DNA of 64,000 nt, taken from contig NC_042999.1 in NCBI RefSeq assembly GCF_006345805.1, positions 147,250,001-147,314,000 on the forward strand, in the 5' to 3' direction. The position numbers were made by a program, and so were the translations under genes. The notes beneath the pieces are model-generated. The model searched no databases, was not told where the DNA came from, and saw nothing but the letters and a program-made list of their open reading frames with translations. Below, one piece after another: positions 62,143-64,000 of this stretch (its first letter is position 1; every line of letters starts with the position of its first letter). Source of the stretch: Octopus sinensis. Taxonomy: Eukaryota.

Positions 62143-64000
62143 TGTCATGAGCTAACTGGATCCTATAAAGGAGCTGTTGTGGTAGTAGACCACGAAACAG
62201 GGTTGAAATTCCTCATGGTTTGATGATTGTTTATCTTATTAGATATTGGATTGCGGTGGGTTTGCTGAAGACATTATAGTTCGCATGTAATTTTTAGTAG
62301 AAACACATTGCTTTAGGTTCCCCTCGTCTCTCTTCTGTTGAACAGGAGGAAGACGTCTCAGTAGGATTCGTTACCTTTTTCATGTTTTTTGATAAATAGT
62401 GCAGAACGATATAGAACAACTGGCACGTAGTTGGACTCAAGCGTTTGAGAGCACAGTAACTATCCGTAAAGGGTAAAAAGGTTTGATATTAAATCCTAAA
62501 TTGCACTGATATATTGATATTATATATTAAATATGAAATAATACTGATATTAAATAGCACTGAGCACTATTTAAATATTTGCGACATGATTAAAATGTAA
62601 TTTAGACCCAGTGTGAAGAGACAACTTTTGCCACCTGCTCTTTACTGTATATGCTATACACTCTTCCTGACATAAATTCAGATCAAATTCGATAGAAACT
62701 CCTAATTATACACACTGTATTTTCTATTTACAGTTAAAGAAACCATTTGAAACTTTCAAATTCTATAAAAACAAATTAGCATAGTGGGTTTCATCTTTCT
62801 CAACTGAATACTTGTAGGATAAATATTGTGTCAATACGCGTAAATCATTAATGTCGGTCAGGGATTTAGTTTTCCTAGCCATGGATATTACACAACATCA
62901 GTGAAGCAATGACATCTGCAATCGTTTGTGTTAAATTTCTCACGATGTAAAGGAGTGTTCTTAGAATATTAATAAGTTCGCTTGATGTAATGTGTGAAAC
63001 GACTAAATTTCCGCGCCTGTGCTCTTCAATAGGTTACTTATTTTAAAAATAATACTTACTGCCCAGAAACACATTGATTTTAATCTATGCAGTACGTATC
63101 ACAGAGACATACAATCATTTCCATCTATGCACATTAGTACATTCATTGAAAATTGTTATTGCAAGTTCTATTTCTTATATTCGCTTCACAGTTTCCTAAA
63201 AAAATATATCATGTGTATTTCAAATCGATCTCCTTAGACAATCTTATCATCGAATATGATGTGCATTTATATAACATGTTGTTTCCATTCTGATGTTGAC
63301 TTGCATATTAACAATGAGCAGGCGGTATTATAAAGAAGTGTTCTCAGTCATGACTATGCCATAGCTTTTCATGTATGGACAACAGTGATCGAATGTATAA
63401 TTCCATTTCTTAAATAAAAATTGGAGTTATTGCTACCAGTTTGAATGACGAGACAGAAGTTCCCTCCTTGGCTCAGAATTCAAGTTTTATTGGTCCTCGA
63501 TATATTTCAATATCAAAGCACATACACAAGTAAGCGGTCTTAAACAATTATTTATTAAAATCCTTGTGAACAATCGTTAGTGGTATTACGAAAGTATATT
63601 TCTCTCAGAGCAGGTTTCATTACATCAGTTGAAATATCCTCCTTCATTTATTACTTTCACTATAAATGCAACGATTGATTTATCAAGTGAGATCACACAT
63701 TTCCTCCTTACATAATACATTAGCATATTTGCAGTGTGCAGATGTTCTAACATTTAACTCGTATACTCGGAGACGAATATGCCCACATATACATTTTATG
63801 AGCTGTGAATAAATCGCATTTAATACAGCCAATTAAACTGCTATTGCTTAAATGAAACATGCTACATTTATTCAATGGTTTTGTTGGCTTTTGTTATAAA
63901 GCAGCGGGTGTGTGTATACGTGTACACATACACTCACATATCTATATCTATATACGTATATATATATATATATACATCTGTATGTGAGTATGTCAAGGTA

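Overview
AT-rich eukaryotic DNA densely packed with microsatellites and transposon relics. The SINE families, (TA)n/(TG)n/(TACA)n density and LINE types suggest a coleoid cephalopod, probably Octopus (inference; no search run). I cannot support any host protein-coding exon, rRNA, tRNA or CRISPR array. Most ORF-track entries are translated microsatellites. Supportable contents: two mariner relics; a full-length Tc1 with both TIRs; a 5'-truncated CR1-group LINE (28.4-31.1 kb) plus older relatives; several R4/Dong-like RLE LINE 3' ends tied to (TAA)n; a HERO-like fragment; a solo gag-like ORF1; Penelope-like (Naiad-type) RT fragments; four non-autonomous Helitrons, three of them head-to-tail; about four SINE families; MITEs and fold-backs. 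The most interesting layer is about a dozen hammerhead-ribozyme (HHR)-like cores, probably from Penelope pseudo-LTRs. These include a recurrent CCGANGA core variant, inverted HHR pairs, and a retrozyme-like direct-repeat element with a permuted core. A SINE and a LINE also share a 3' tail whose stem-loop shows compensatory changes. All ribozyme calls are by-eye folds that need computation and cleavage assays.
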